Numbered from the stretch's first letter, positions 47,520 to 57,315 are shown. The stretch: 64,000 nt of DNA from an uncultured Candidatus Saccharibacteria bacterium (GCA_964353135.1 CAYGTV010000003.1:26718-90717); one strand, 5' to 3'. Notes: generated from the sequence alone by a model not told the origin. Made by a program: numbers and translations.

Positions 47520-48383
47520 ATGGAAAATAAACTACATATTCACCCTATTTTTGACCACGACTCACATACAGTGACGTACGTGGTGTGGGACCCTGCTACC
47601 AAAAAATCAGCTGTGATTGACTCGGTACTAGATTACAACCACAAAAACGTTGAGACTGACACAACGTTAGCTGACGAGGTTATTGCGTTTGTGAAAGAAA
47701 ATGGACTCGAGAATGAATGGCTCCTTGAGACCCACATGCACGCTGACCATATTTCTGCTTCTACCTACCTCAAAGAAAAAATTGGCGGCAAGAAAGCGAT
47801 CGGCAACCAAATCGTCGCTGTACAGAGTTACCTCAAAGAAGCCTTCGACCTCAACGATAACTTTAAAACCGATGGTTCACAATTTGACCACGTGTTTGCT
47901 GATGGTGAAGAATTTACCATCGGCACCATTCAGGCCAAAGCGGTACACTCCCCTGGCCACACCCCAGCGGACATGGTTTATGAAATCGACGGCATACTAT
48001 TTTCTGGCGACACCCTACTGGCACCTGACATGGGTACCGCTCGGTGTGACTTCCCTGGAGGCAGTGCAGAAACTATGTACGACTCAGTGAGAAATATCCT
48101 AGAGTCATACCCAAACGAAACAGTAGTTTACCTGTGTCATGACTACCCAGAAGGAAAAGATCGGGAACTACTCTATAAAACAACCATTGGTGAACAACGT
48201 GAGACCAACATTCATGTCAAAGACGGCATCACCAAAGAGGAATTTGTCACCTTGCGAGAAACCCGGGATGCCACCCTTGATTTACCAACCTATATCTTTC
48301 CTGCTGTACAAATTAACGGAAACGCTGGAAGTTTAACTCCAGGAGAATTTGTAAAACTGAGCTATAACAAAAAAGTCTTATAA
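47520..48383 (+). CDS. MBL-fold metallo-hydrolase, persulfide dioxygenase (ETHE1/CstB-like) candidate.
   Basis: HMHADH metal motif; 287 aa; operon context with the CsoR-like and rhodanese genes. Confidence 0.65.
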   Translation: MENKLHIHPIFDHDSHTVTYVVWDPATKKSAVIDSVLDYNHKNVETDTTLADEVIAFVKENGLENEWLLETHMHADHISASTYLKEKIGGKKAIGNQIVAVQSYLKEAFDLNDNFKTDGSQFDHVFADGEEFTIGTIQAKAVHSPGHTPADMVYEIDGILFSGDTLLAPDMGTARCDFPGGSAETMYDSVRNILESYPNETVVYLCHDYPEGKDRELLYKTTIGEQRETNIHVKDGITKEEFVTLRETRDATLDLPTYIFPAVQINGNAGSLTPGEFVKLSYNKKVL

Positions 48384-48400
48384 GACACAACTACTACAGT

Positions 48401-49165
48401 ATGAAATCACTCATTGCACTTATTGCCATCCTTATTATTGGCTGCGTTGGCGGATGGTCACTTGGCAACCAGCCAGGTCCACAAAACCAACAAGCTAACC
48501 AGATGGAACAGACGGACAACCGTAACGATATGCCGGCCGCTGCAGACTTTGTTTCACTGCGGCCAGCTCTAGAATCCTTACCAGCTGAAACGTTATCAGC
48601 TGATGAACGAGCCGGACTACTCTGGATGCGCGAAGAGGAAAAACTAGCCCGAGATGTATACACCACACTATACGAAGCGTGGGGTCTACAGATCTTTGCT
48701 AACATCGCGCAGAGTGAACAAACCCATACCGAAGCTGTTCGAGACCTGCTAGAAAAATATGAGTTAGCTGACCCAGTCACTGATGACACAGTTGGTGTCT
48801 TTACAGACCTAGAGCTGCAGCAACTCTATGACGACCTCACAGCCCGGGGACTAACTTCTGTTGGAGAAGCATTACAAGTCGGAGCATTGATCGAGGACCT
48901 CGACATCAACGACCTGAATCAAGAAATCGCAAAAACTGACAATCAAGATATTGTGCTGGTGTATGAAAACCTGACCCGAGGTTCTCGCAACCACCTGCGA
49001 TCATTCACCTCACAACTCAATCAACGTGGGGAAAGCTACACACCACAATACATAAGCCAAGCAGAATATGACGCCATCATTTCTGCAGAACAAGAACGAG
49101 GTGGTGGACACTCTTCTGGAGGTAACAGTGGTGGTGGTAATGGGCGCGGCTGGGGCAATCGATAA
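48401..49165 (+). CDS. Lipoprotein with ferritin-like DUF2202 domain and Gly-rich tail.
   Basis: Signal with ...LIIGC; DUF2202-like E...H..E pattern; ends GGGHSSGGNSGGGNGRGWGNR. Confidence 0.55.
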   Translation: MKSLIALIAILIIGCVGGWSLGNQPGPQNQQANQMEQTDNRNDMPAAADFVSLRPALESLPAETLSADERAGLLWMREEEKLARDVYTTLYEAWGLQIFANIAQSEQTHTEAVRDLLEKYELADPVTDDTVGVFTDLELQQLYDDLTARGLTSVGEALQVGALIEDLDINDLNQEIAKTDNQDIVLVYENLTRGSRNHLRSFTSQLNQRGESYTPQYISQAEYDAIISAEQERGGGHSSGGNSGGGNGRGWGNR

Positions 49166-49181
49166 GCTCATACCTGCCTTC

Positions 49182-49208
49182 AAAAAAGCACCTAGTAGGT
49201 GCTTTTTT
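49182..49208. terminator. Bidirectional terminator.
   Basis: aaaaaagcacct-agta-ggtgctttttt. Confidence 0.75.
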
Positions 49209-49231
49209 GATGTCGGATTGACTGGTTAGCT

Positions 49232-49630
49232 CTAGTCTTCAGTCGTCACTCCGTCAAACTCTTCTTCTACTTCGTCGGCCTTGGTGGTGTGAATTGTTTG
49301 ATCCTTGTGGTGAGCTGGTGAGTAGATAGTGTACAAGTTAAGTGTTTCACTATCTGAAACGTTAATCACGTTGTGTTGTGCTCCAGCTGGAACAATGACC
49401 GCGTCACCATCACCTACTTCGTAGGTAGTTTCGTTAATGACTACTTTCCCTGTTCCTGCTTCAAACCGGAAAAACTGGTCGGTATCTTCGTGTACTTCTA
49501 AACCAATCTCTTCCCCAGGCTGTAATGTCATGAGTACTAATTGGCTATGCTCCCCGGTATAGAGGACCTTTCGGAAGTTATCATTAGCGGTTGTGTCTGC
49601 TTCGATGTTTGTTTTGAATCCTTGTTTCAT
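49232..49630 (-). CDS. Cupin-domain protein.
   Basis: G(X)5HXH-like ...EVHEDTDQFFRFEAGTGKV... and second motif VPAGAQHNV. Confidence 0.6.
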   Translation of the reverse strand: MKQGFKTNIEADTTANDNFRKVLYTGEHSQLVLMTLQPGEEIGLEVHEDTDQFFRFEAGTGKVVINETTYEVGDGDAVIVPAGAQHNVINVSDSETLNLYTIYSPAHHKDQTIHTTKADEVEEEFDGVTTED

Positions 49631-49683
49631 AATCTAATTTTAACATGGTTACGTCTTTTGAATAAATAACGACATGATAGCCT

Positions 49684-50223
49684 TTAGCTGGCACGAGAAC
49701 TCCGAGCTTTCTTTTTGGCAGCTGCTTCTGCTGCTGCTAGTTCAGCAGCTTTTTTTGCAGCTTTTTTTGCAGCTTTCTCTGCCGCTAATTTTGTGGCAGC
49801 CAGCTCATCTGCTTGCTGTTTAGCTTTTAGAGTTGCAGCTTGTGCTGCTGCTACCCGGGCCGTCTCAGCGTCAGCCGCAGCTTGTTTAATTGCTTGTTGC
49901 TCAGCTACTGTGTGTGCGGCAGCAATCGCTTTTGCTTGTGCTGCTGCAGCAACTTCTTGCGCCACTTTTTCATCAGCCGCTTTGCGCTCTGCTTCGGCAT
50001 CCTGTAACATCTGCTCTTTTGCCGCTACTTGTTGATCCGACAACTCTTCGCGCTTTGCAAGAATCTCTTGCAGTATTTCATTACTAGCGACTAAAGCCTC
50101 TTCATAAATTACCTCAGCTTCTGATGCAGCTTCCGTTTGATAGCCATACCCAGCATAACTACCCAGTAGGACTATGATTACTAACCCAAATGTATATACG
50201 ACATTTCTAATTTCTGATTTCAT
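49684..50223 (-). CDS. Membrane-anchored Ala/Lys/Glu-rich low-complexity protein (TolA-/histone H1-like repeats).
   Basis: Transmembrane helix then AAEKAAKKAAKKAAELAAAEAAAKKKA-type repeats. Confidence 0.4.
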   Translation of the reverse strand: MKSEIRNVVYTFGLVIIVLLGSYAGYGYQTEAASEAEVIYEEALVASNEILQEILAKREELSDQQVAAKEQMLQDAEAERKAADEKVAQEVAAAAQAKAIAAAHTVAEQQAIKQAAADAETARVAAAQAATLKAKQQADELAATKLAAEKAAKKAAKKAAELAAAEAAAKKKARSSRAS

Positions 50224-50226
50224 ATG

Positions 50227-50397
50227 TTATCCAAGCTTTTGCCACATATGAGTGTCGCTCTTTTTCACCTCACAATCAGCACATTGAAAATCATCAGGCA
50301 GTGATTCCCAGGTAGTACCAGGTGCAATCCCTCGATCAGGGTCACCAATTGCTTCATCATAAATCCATCCACACTCCAAACATACATATTGCGCCAT
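50227..50397 (-). CDS. Rubredoxin (56 aa). Not in the ORF track because it is under 60 aa.
   Basis: Manual translation MAQYVCLECGWIYDEAIGDPDRGIAPGTTWESLPDDFQCADCEVKKSDTHMWQKLG. Classic CxxCG...CxxC(E) rubredoxin with the conserved Y, DP, G.PGT, W, DD residues. 4 nt upstream of the A/K-rich gene. Confidence 0.8.
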   Translation of the reverse strand: MAQYVCLECGWIYDEAIGDPDRGIAPGTTWESLPDDFQCADCEVKKSDTHMWQKLG

Positions 50398-50452
50398 ATA
50401 AATAATTCGTTAGTTACTATGACGCTAACTGTATACCCGTTAGATGAAGATT

Positions 50453-51478
50453 CTATGAAGGCAGTATTGGGAGAGAGACGGTAATAGTGGTACCGCTACC
50501 TGGTGTACTTGCCATAGCAACTGTGCCGCTATGAGCCTCGATTATTTCTTTAACAATACTAAGCCCTAGCCCTGCTCCTGTATCTACTCCTTGAGTCCTA
50601 GCAGCATCAAGTGTTTCGAATCGCTCAAAGACTGCTACATGTTTATCTGCCGGAATACCTACTCCGGTATCTTGTACGATTATTTGCACCTCATGGGAAT
50701 CGAGCTGCTTGAGAATAACTCTCACCCGCCCTTCTGCCCGATTATAGTCGATCGCATTTTTTAGTAGATTCTGCAATACTTGGACTAACCCATCACGATC
50801 TGCAGTAAGAGTGATGTGTGGCTGCACGTCAGTGTGTAGTTCAACATTGCGAGTCCTGGCGTAGGACTGCATCCAAGACACCTCTTTTTCAACTAGCTGT
50901 GAGATGTCACACACCACTCGTTCTTTGTGTGTCGAAACCCCCTTTAGCAGCTGCAACAATTGATTTGACAGTCTGGTCAGGCGCTCTGATTCTTCGTTAA
51001 CATCATGTATAAAATCTTTGTAGTCTGCTGCACTTCGGTCTTTGCGCAGCATCGTATCGCTCCCTGCTCGCATAACCGACAGTGGTGTACGCAGCTCATG
51101 CGCAACCGTACCCATAAAAGCCAACTGTCGTTCTTGATTATGTTTGATTGGCTGGAGCGTTCGTCGAGCAAGCATATATGCAAATCCAGACACTACTAGC
51201 AAGATCATGAGATCAATAACAACAATCACACCTAGCAAGTGCTCTCGAAATTCTTCCATACTCCACTCATCGTGTTCTTGTTCAAATTCTTGACCATCGA
51301 TAACCATAGCCACTGGTTCGGCGGGAGTATAGAGAAATAATAATGCAGCGCTCGACACGACCAAAATCAAGAACGTACCAGCGACGTAATACAGAGTCAG
51401 TTTAATAGCTGCGCGCTCAAATTCACTCTGTTGTAAATTTGTAGCCCACGCCACGAATGGTTGAAATATATGTTTCAT
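50453..51478 (-). CDS. Sensor histidine kinase.
   Basis: Two transmembrane helices, HisKA H-box AHELRTPL, HATPase_c G-boxes (DTGVGI, GLGLSIV). Confidence 0.85.
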   Translation of the reverse strand: MKHIFQPFVAWATNLQQSEFERAAIKLTLYYVAGTFLILVVSSAALLFLYTPAEPVAMVIDGQEFEQEHDEWSMEEFREHLLGVIVVIDLMILLVVSGFAYMLARRTLQPIKHNQERQLAFMGTVAHELRTPLSVMRAGSDTMLRKDRSAADYKDFIHDVNEESERLTRLSNQLLQLLKGVSTHKERVVCDISQLVEKEVSWMQSYARTRNVELHTDVQPHITLTADRDGLVQVLQNLLKNAIDYNRAEGRVRVILKQLDSHEVQIIVQDTGVGIPADKHVAVFERFETLDAARTQGVDTGAGLGLSIVKEIIEAHSGTVAMASTPGSGTTITVSLPILPS

Positions 51479-52091
51479 GAGTACCTCCTAATTTATGCCT
51501 TAATTGTTTGATATACACATCAGTTATATTACTAAATGCACTATACGCGAAATCCCAACAGTGGTCGATCAATTGCTCCCTGGTCACAACCGTACCAGCG
51601 TTACGCATCAAGTACTCCAAAATGGCATACTCTTTGAGTGTCAATGCAACAGGAGTTCCAGCGACCGTGACACTGTGGGATACACAATCCAACACCACAT
51701 CACGAATCACAATCTCATCACTCAGCCTGGTTGCCGGCCGTCGCAGCAACGACCGTAATCGCGCGAGTAACTCCTGCATCTCAAATGGTTTAACCAAATA
51801 ATCGTCAGCACCGCTATCGAGACCTTCTATCCTGTCTTCAACTTCACCCCTAGCAGTCAACATTAGAATCGGAGTAACATTTCCTTCTGCTCGGATGTCT
51901 CTACAGATACTGATACCATCTTTTTCTGGCAACATAATATCGAGTACAATAGCATCGTACGAATTACTCAAAATCCGTCGCTCACCAGTAGCACCATCGC
52001 TTACAACATCTACTGCATACGCTTCTTCTTCCAAGGTTTGCTTGATGTATTTAGCAAGTTTTTCATTGTCTTCTACGACTAGTATCTTCAT
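51423..52091 (-). CDS. OmpR-family response regulator.
   Basis: Receiver MKILVVEDNEKL...D, winged-helix output domain (GYKF at the end); start at MKILVV. Confidence 0.85.
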   Translation of the reverse strand: MKILVVEDNEKLAKYIKQTLEEEAYAVDVVSDGATGERRILSNSYDAIVLDIMLPEKDGISICRDIRAEGNVTPILMLTARGEVEDRIEGLDSGADDYLVKPFEMQELLARLRSLLRRPATRLSDEIVIRDVVLDCVSHSVTVAGTPVALTLKEYAILEYLMRNAGTVVTREQLIDHCWDFAYSAFSNITDVYIKQLRHKLGGTHETYISTIRGVGYKFTTE

Positions 52092-52128
52092 ACGATATTC
52101 ATAGTAGCACTGTATACATGAATAGAAC

Positions 52129-53025
52129 ATGAATGAATTTTCTTACCAAGAACGACACATGGGGACCGATGTTTCCCTGTCTTTTGTGTGCCCAGAGCGA
52201 ACCTACGCTGACCAGATCGCCAAAGCGGTGTACGACATTGTCACTCAGTATGAGCAAGAATTTTCCCGGTTTTTACCCCACAGCGCGCTCTCGACCCTTA
52301 ATAAAACCGGTCAGCTTACAATCAGTGACCGGTTTGATTCAGTACTCAAAACCAGCCTCGCTTTACACAGACAAACCAACGGTGTGTTTAACCCACTAGT
52401 GCAAGTAGCTACGCTTGGTTACGACACCACATTTGTAGACATTAGTAATCGCACCCTTAGCAACCCACCGCCCTACAACACAGACATAGACCAACTTCAG
52501 TTTAGTGACAACGCTAAAACCTTACAACTTGCACCAGGCCAACAGCTCGATTTTGGCGGTATTCTCAAGGGCTACTTGGCTACCGAGCTAGCAAACAAGG
52601 TCATGAATACGTACCCCAAATGTACTGGCTGCATCATCAACATCGGCGGTGACCTGGCAACCAGGGGCACTGACCCGCTTCATGAACCCTTCATTTTTAT
52701 GCTCTACAATCCGGTCACTGGTAGCGAAGTGCCAGTAGCACTTACCGACACAAGCTTGGCCACCAGCGGTACATACGCCAGGCAGTGGCAGACAAATGCT
52801 GGTATACGCAACCATATTGTAGACGTTACCAGCCAGCAAAATCCAACCAGTGATGTAACTGCAGTCAGCATCATTCACCCAGACGGCGCTACAGCTGAAG
52901 CCTTAACTAAACTATTTATCATCACCGGAATCGACAAGGCAACAAAACTCACCCCGCCAAAACAGCACGAGTACCAGTACTTTTGCATTACAAAGAACGG
53001 ACTAACTCACACCAATATCGTATGA
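52129..53025 (+). CDS. apbE: FAD:protein FMN transferase (ApbE family).
   Basis: ApbE-like HMGT start and DFGGILKGY...GD fold; 298 aa. Confidence 0.75.
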   Translation: MNEFSYQERHMGTDVSLSFVCPERTYADQIAKAVYDIVTQYEQEFSRFLPHSALSTLNKTGQLTISDRFDSVLKTSLALHRQTNGVFNPLVQVATLGYDTTFVDISNRTLSNPPPYNTDIDQLQFSDNAKTLQLAPGQQLDFGGILKGYLATELANKVMNTYPKCTGCIINIGGDLATRGTDPLHEPFIFMLYNPVTGSEVPVALTDTSLATSGTYARQWQTNAGIRNHIVDVTSQQNPTSDVTAVSIIHPDGATAEALTKLFIITGIDKATKLTPPKQHEYQYFCITKNGLTHTNIV

Positions 53026-53648
53026 AATTATATTTCTCAATTATCAAAATCAGTCAAGAATTACTACTAGCAGTTTCAGTAGTTATTCTGGCAGTGTTAC
53101 CGGGTGCTCTACTACTCACTCCAGATTGGTTTAGCGGACAGCGAATTACCCTGCTTTATTTTGCCGCGCACCTGTCACTTTTTTTTGTAATGCTTATTCG
53201 ACCACTAGCAGATTTATTCAAAGAAATTACCTGGATTCGCCCACTAGTGATTTTACGTAAAGGAATGGGAGTATTTTCCGCAGCAATCATTGTTTCTTTC
53301 ATCCTAGAAAAAAATATGATCGATGGCGTAGGCTACTTTACCAGCATGTTTGAAGCCAGCTACTGGTCGCTCAGTACCCTCGCGTTATTTGCCCATGCAG
53401 CCGACATTTCTGCCATCCTGCTTTTAATCACCTCCAACAACCTATCTAAAAAACTGCTCGGTAAAAATTGGAAGCGGATCCAACGATTATCCTACGTCTA
53501 TTTTTACGGCAGCGGTATCTATGTCTGGCTGATACTCGACGAAGTCTACGTCTTTTACTTCCTCGCTATTGTGACTGTAGCTACCAGCCTGGCTTGGCTA
53601 CGTAATCACAACTATCTTTTTATCATAACTAAACCTCAAACATCATGA
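53022..53648 (+). CDS. Ferric-reductase-like transmembrane protein (YedZ/MsrQ-like haem-binding membrane subunit).
   Basis: About six transmembrane helices with spaced His pairs; ATGA overlap with apbE. Confidence 0.45.
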   Translation: MKLYFSIIKISQELLLAVSVVILAVLPGALLLTPDWFSGQRITLLYFAAHLSLFFVMLIRPLADLFKEITWIRPLVILRKGMGVFSAAIIVSFILEKNMIDGVGYFTSMFEASYWSLSTLALFAHAADISAILLLITSNNLSKKLLGKNWKRIQRLSYVYFYGSGIYVWLILDEVYVFYFLAIVTVATSLAWLRNHNYLFIITKPQTS

Positions 53649-54343
53649 ACAAAATCATCCAAACTACCGGTGTAATCAGCCACTCTCACGACCTCTCACC
53701 AACCGCCCGTGAATACACTATACAACCGTCAGAGCCGATGCCGTTTGTCGCCGGAAGTTTTGTAAACATGTTTGTCGAAGATGGTGGAGAAAATATCAGA
53801 CGAGCGTTCTCAATGTCATCAAGCGATACTAGTACTGATGCATTCACCCTCACCATCCGACTGAGCCCTGGTGGCAAGCTCACGCCACTGATGTGGAACA
53901 AAGATTTTACCGGACGTGAGGTTAAACTCATGGGACCACTAGGGCTCAACACTGCCAACAAAATGACGAGTCGAAAAGTCTTCCTCTTTGGATTTGGGGT
54001 CGGAGCAGGTGTAGTTAAATCCTTGGCAGATCATTTTATCCGACGTTCAAACAAACCAGCCCTGACCATAGTTACAGGGAACCGTAGTGTGGAAGAAATT
54101 CTGCACCAAGACTACTTTGATAGCATTGCAGAAAATGACAACGTCACAGTCCAGTACGTCGTTTCAGACAAAAACCAAAATCAATATCCAGTTGGATACA
54201 TTCAAGACCACCTAACAGACTACGATTTCTCAGACAGCGATGTGTACGTCTGTGGTCAGACAGTTGCCTGCGACGCACTGGTTGCAACTGTAACTACCAC
54301 CAATCCAACCAACTGTAATTTCTTTGTCGAAGATTTCCATTAG
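53645..54343 (+). CDS. FNR-like FAD/NAD(P)-binding oxidoreductase.
   Basis: RAFSMSS (RxYS FAD motif), GxGxxP-type NAD fold; 4-nt overlap with the upstream gene. Confidence 0.65.
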   Translation: MNKIIQTTGVISHSHDLSPTAREYTIQPSEPMPFVAGSFVNMFVEDGGENIRRAFSMSSSDTSTDAFTLTIRLSPGGKLTPLMWNKDFTGREVKLMGPLGLNTANKMTSRKVFLFGFGVGAGVVKSLADHFIRRSNKPALTIVTGNRSVEEILHQDYFDSIAENDNVTVQYVVSDKNQNQYPVGYIQDHLTDYDFSDSDVYVCGQTVACDALVATVTTTNPTNCNFFVEDFH

Positions 54344-54352
54344 AAGCTATCG

Positions 54353-55252
54353 CTATCGAAATACCACAACTCTGTTTGAACTTTCAAGTAGCAGTTCACC
54401 CTTAGTTGTAAAAGAAAATGACTGCACCTCGGCTAAGTCAGCCGCAAACTTTTGTTCTTGTGAATCTTCGCAAAACATCTCTGTTGCGAACATTGGACCA
54501 AAGGTAAGAGTACTTCCCTGCACCGTATAAGAACCACCCATGGTGTTGCAGTCGGTCGTAATCGAGACACTATCGTCAGTACCAAACGTCACTGTAAAAG
54601 CATCAGCTTGGTTTGGAGTGAGTGTTTCTTGATCGTTGTACGTAGTTTCAACCCATGTCCAAGTCTGCATATCGAGTGTCATGATGTCCGGATTTGCTTC
54701 ACCCTCAAAATCTGTCATCACTTCCCCAAACTGCATCGTCTCTGGATCGAGGAGCAGCCGCAGCGAAGTACCAACAGAAGGCGGCGTTGTCATTGGTTCG
54801 TCCAGTGCTCTAGTTGCGTAATTAACAATCACCTGATTTCCTGGACCAGATTCAGTTGTTTGCGGTGCAATCCGATCTCCTAGAAAGAGCGCTTGTGAAC
54901 CAACATAACCGCTATCGCTAGCCAGTGCCGCCACGACGTAAAAGAATGTCCCACTACCGCCAGGATTTTGCGTTAGTAGAAACACCACGTCATCAACCCC
55001 ATCACCGTTTAAATCTTTGACTAATTCGTTACCAAAATAACTGGTCGTTACCTGGACCCCATCAACATCAGTCTCGGCCACACCATCAACCAAAGCGACC
55101 ACCTGCCCGTCGATCACGTAGGTCGCATTTTTATAATCAGTAACCACCACTGGATCAGCTTGTTTTTCGTTGTAGATGTAGGAATTAAACACAAAGAAAC
55201 CTACAACCAGAACCGCAACGCTTGCCAGAACACCAAAAGCTATTTTATTCAT
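54353..55252 (-). CDS. Secreted protein with C-terminal META/HslJ-like (DUF306) domain.
   Basis: ...WTWVETTYNDQ...FTVTFGTDDSVSITTDCNTMGGSYTVQGSTLTFGPMFATEMFC... Confidence 0.55.
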   Translation of the reverse strand: MNKIAFGVLASVAVLVVGFFVFNSYIYNEKQADPVVVTDYKNATYVIDGQVVALVDGVAETDVDGVQVTTSYFGNELVKDLNGDGVDDVVFLLTQNPGGSGTFFYVVAALASDSGYVGSQALFLGDRIAPQTTESGPGNQVIVNYATRALDEPMTTPPSVGTSLRLLLDPETMQFGEVMTDFEGEANPDIMTLDMQTWTWVETTYNDQETLTPNQADAFTVTFGTDDSVSITTDCNTMGGSYTVQGSTLTFGPMFATEMFCEDSQEQKFAADLAEVQSFSFTTKGELLLESSNRVVVFR

Positions 55253-55317
55253 ATCTATAGTATAGACCATATAGTTGAAATCAGTATCACGGTTGATTAC
55301 ACTGTAGAATACATAGT

Positions 55318-56274
55318 ATGCATCCAACCCAAACAAACGGCATCCACCACATCACCGCAATTACGACTGACCCACAGGCAAACCTCGATTTCTACGAGGG
55401 ATTTTTAGGACAAAAGTTGGTTAAGAAAACCGTCAACTTTGACGACCCTACCGCATATCACCTCTATTATGGTGATGCAGTTGGTACTCCTGGAACCCTC
55501 ATTACCTTTTTCTACTGGAAAGGTATGCCCCAAGGTATGCGTGGTTGTGGTGAGGTAGAAAGTATTTACTACACCATTAAACCAAACTCTCTCACCTACT
55601 GGAAAGACCGGGCGCTCGAGTTTGACGTAAGTTGTGAAGAAAAAGTACTACCGTTTGGTGAAGCAGTACTGATGATTAGTGACCCTGATGGTTTGAAAAT
55701 TGGGTTAGTAGCCAGCGATGTTGAAACCAATATTGTACCGTGGGAAGCGGGACCAGTACCAGCAGAACACGTACTGTATGGATTTTACGGTGCATTACTC
55801 AACCTACCTGAACACCGACCAATCGAACCAATTCTCGAAGAAGGACTCGGATACACCCTAGTTGACACCAAATCAGACATTACCCGGTACGAAGCAACCA
55901 GCTGGCCCGGAAAATACCTCGCAACCCAGGTGCGAGCCGACCTGCCGCAAGCGCGCCAAGGAGCTGGTTCGGTGCACCATATCGCATTTCAAGCAGATGA
56001 CGACAGTGTCCGCGAGGGACTGGAATTCCAAGTCAATGAATTAGGGATTGCTTCAACCGGACTAGTCGACCGATTTTACTTTCACGCGACATATTTCATG
56101 ACTCCAGCCGGAATATTGTTTGAACTTTCGACCAACGACATTGGAATGACCATCGACGAGCCCGCAGAAGAACTAGGTGAACATCTGCTCATCCCTAGAC
56201 ATCACGAAGCCAACCGAGCAGCGATCGAAGCATCACTGACGACGCTCGTGCTTCCTCGTAACAAAAATAGATAA
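55318..56274 (+). CDS. Two-domain VOC-family ring-cleaving dioxygenase (MhqE/MhqO-like).
   Basis: GIHHITAITTDPQANLDFYEGFLGQKLVKKTVNFDD; tandem glyoxalase folds; 318 aa. Confidence 0.7.
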   Translation: MHPTQTNGIHHITAITTDPQANLDFYEGFLGQKLVKKTVNFDDPTAYHLYYGDAVGTPGTLITFFYWKGMPQGMRGCGEVESIYYTIKPNSLTYWKDRALEFDVSCEEKVLPFGEAVLMISDPDGLKIGLVASDVETNIVPWEAGPVPAEHVLYGFYGALLNLPEHRPIEPILEEGLGYTLVDTKSDITRYEATSWPGKYLATQVRADLPQARQGAGSVHHIAFQADDDSVREGLEFQVNELGIASTGLVDRFYFHATYFMTPAGILFELSTNDIGMTIDEPAEELGEHLLIPRHHEANRAAIEASLTTLVLPRNKNR

Positions 56275-56278
56275 ATCT

Positions 56279-56926
56279 ATGAATATCCCTCACAGCTCAC
56301 TTCCCCATGGAGATCAAAACGTAGCGATCACTGGTAATACCAGCGATCCAAAGAAAGCTATCGTGCTAATCCACGGTCGCGGTGCCAGTGCTGACAGCAT
56401 CATGCAGCTAGCAGATGAACTTTCTATACCTGATGATTATATCGTACTCGCTCCGCAGGCTGCAGAACACGTCTGGTACCCAGAACGTTTCATTGTTCCC
56501 CAGGCCGATAACCAACCATCTCTCGACTCTGCTCTGAATCGGATTCATAGTATTATTAATTTTCTTGAAACTGAATATAGCATTCAAACAGAGAACATCG
56601 TCCTGTCCGGTTTCTCACAAGGGGCGTGTCTGGTGTCTGAATACCTCAAACAACATCCAGACAAATACCAAGGGGCAGCTATTTTTAGTGGTGGCCTAAT
56701 AGGAGGTGATATAGAAATTATCGGTGGTGATTTGGGCGACTTGCAACAAACACCGATCTATATCGGCTGTGACGTCACAGACTTTCACATCCCAAAAGAG
56801 CGAGTGGTCGCAACCAAAGAAGTCCTAACAGCAATGGGAGCAACCATTGACTTGCAACTCTACCAAGGGCTCGGTCACACCATTCACAAAGATGGACTAG
56901 AAGCCTTGCAAGATTTTATTGGCTAA
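56279..56926 (+). CDS. Phospholipase/carboxylesterase-family alpha/beta hydrolase (MhqD-like).
   Basis: Nucleophile elbow GFSQGA; His near the C-terminus; 215 aa; directly after the VOC gene. Confidence 0.7.
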   Translation: MNIPHSSLPHGDQNVAITGNTSDPKKAIVLIHGRGASADSIMQLADELSIPDDYIVLAPQAAEHVWYPERFIVPQADNQPSLDSALNRIHSIINFLETEYSIQTENIVLSGFSQGACLVSEYLKQHPDKYQGAAIFSGGLIGGDIEIIGGDLGDLQQTPIYIGCDVTDFHIPKERVVATKEVLTAMGATIDLQLYQGLGHTIHKDGLEALQDFIG

Positions 56927-56974
56927 GTCACTAGGGCTAAAATCAGTGGTGATGCTGCTGGGGCTATTGAAAAT

Positions 56975-57277
56975 TTAAGCACTTTCATTATCTTTTGGTT
57001 CTCCCCACTGCCACTTTGGTTTTTCTCCCTTGGTGTAACAAATTCTTATCAATGTAATAGTCAGCAGAACTACCGGCAATGCAAAAGTGAACATAACCTC
57101 GTTTATTGGTGATTGATCATCAAGTGTCAATACAAACCCTATCACCAAGGCCAAGTACAGTCCTGTAACTAACCAACCCTGCCAGGTGGCCGGTGTCCAA
57201 CCCCAGCCGTATAGTTTTCGCTTAAACCAGTATCCGTTTGGATTATCTTGCAGATAGGCGATGTATTCTTTAATCAT
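56975..57277 (-). CDS. Small membrane protein, hypothetical.
   Basis: Two transmembrane helices, Trp-rich. Confidence 0.3.
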   Translation of the reverse strand: MIKEYIAYLQDNPNGYWFKRKLYGWGWTPATWQGWLVTGLYLALVIGFVLTLDDQSPINEVMFTFALPVVLLTITLIRICYTKGEKPKWQWGEPKDNESA

Positions 57278-57315
57278 AGTTGTATTATACGCGAACTACA
57301 GCTTATGTAATGGAA

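Noticed and set aside
49715-50035. Ala-rich plus-strand ORF.
   Set aside because: It mirrors the A/K-rich low-complexity gene on the minus strand, where GCN repeats read the same antisense. The minus-strand gene has a transmembrane anchor and is coupled to the rubredoxin.
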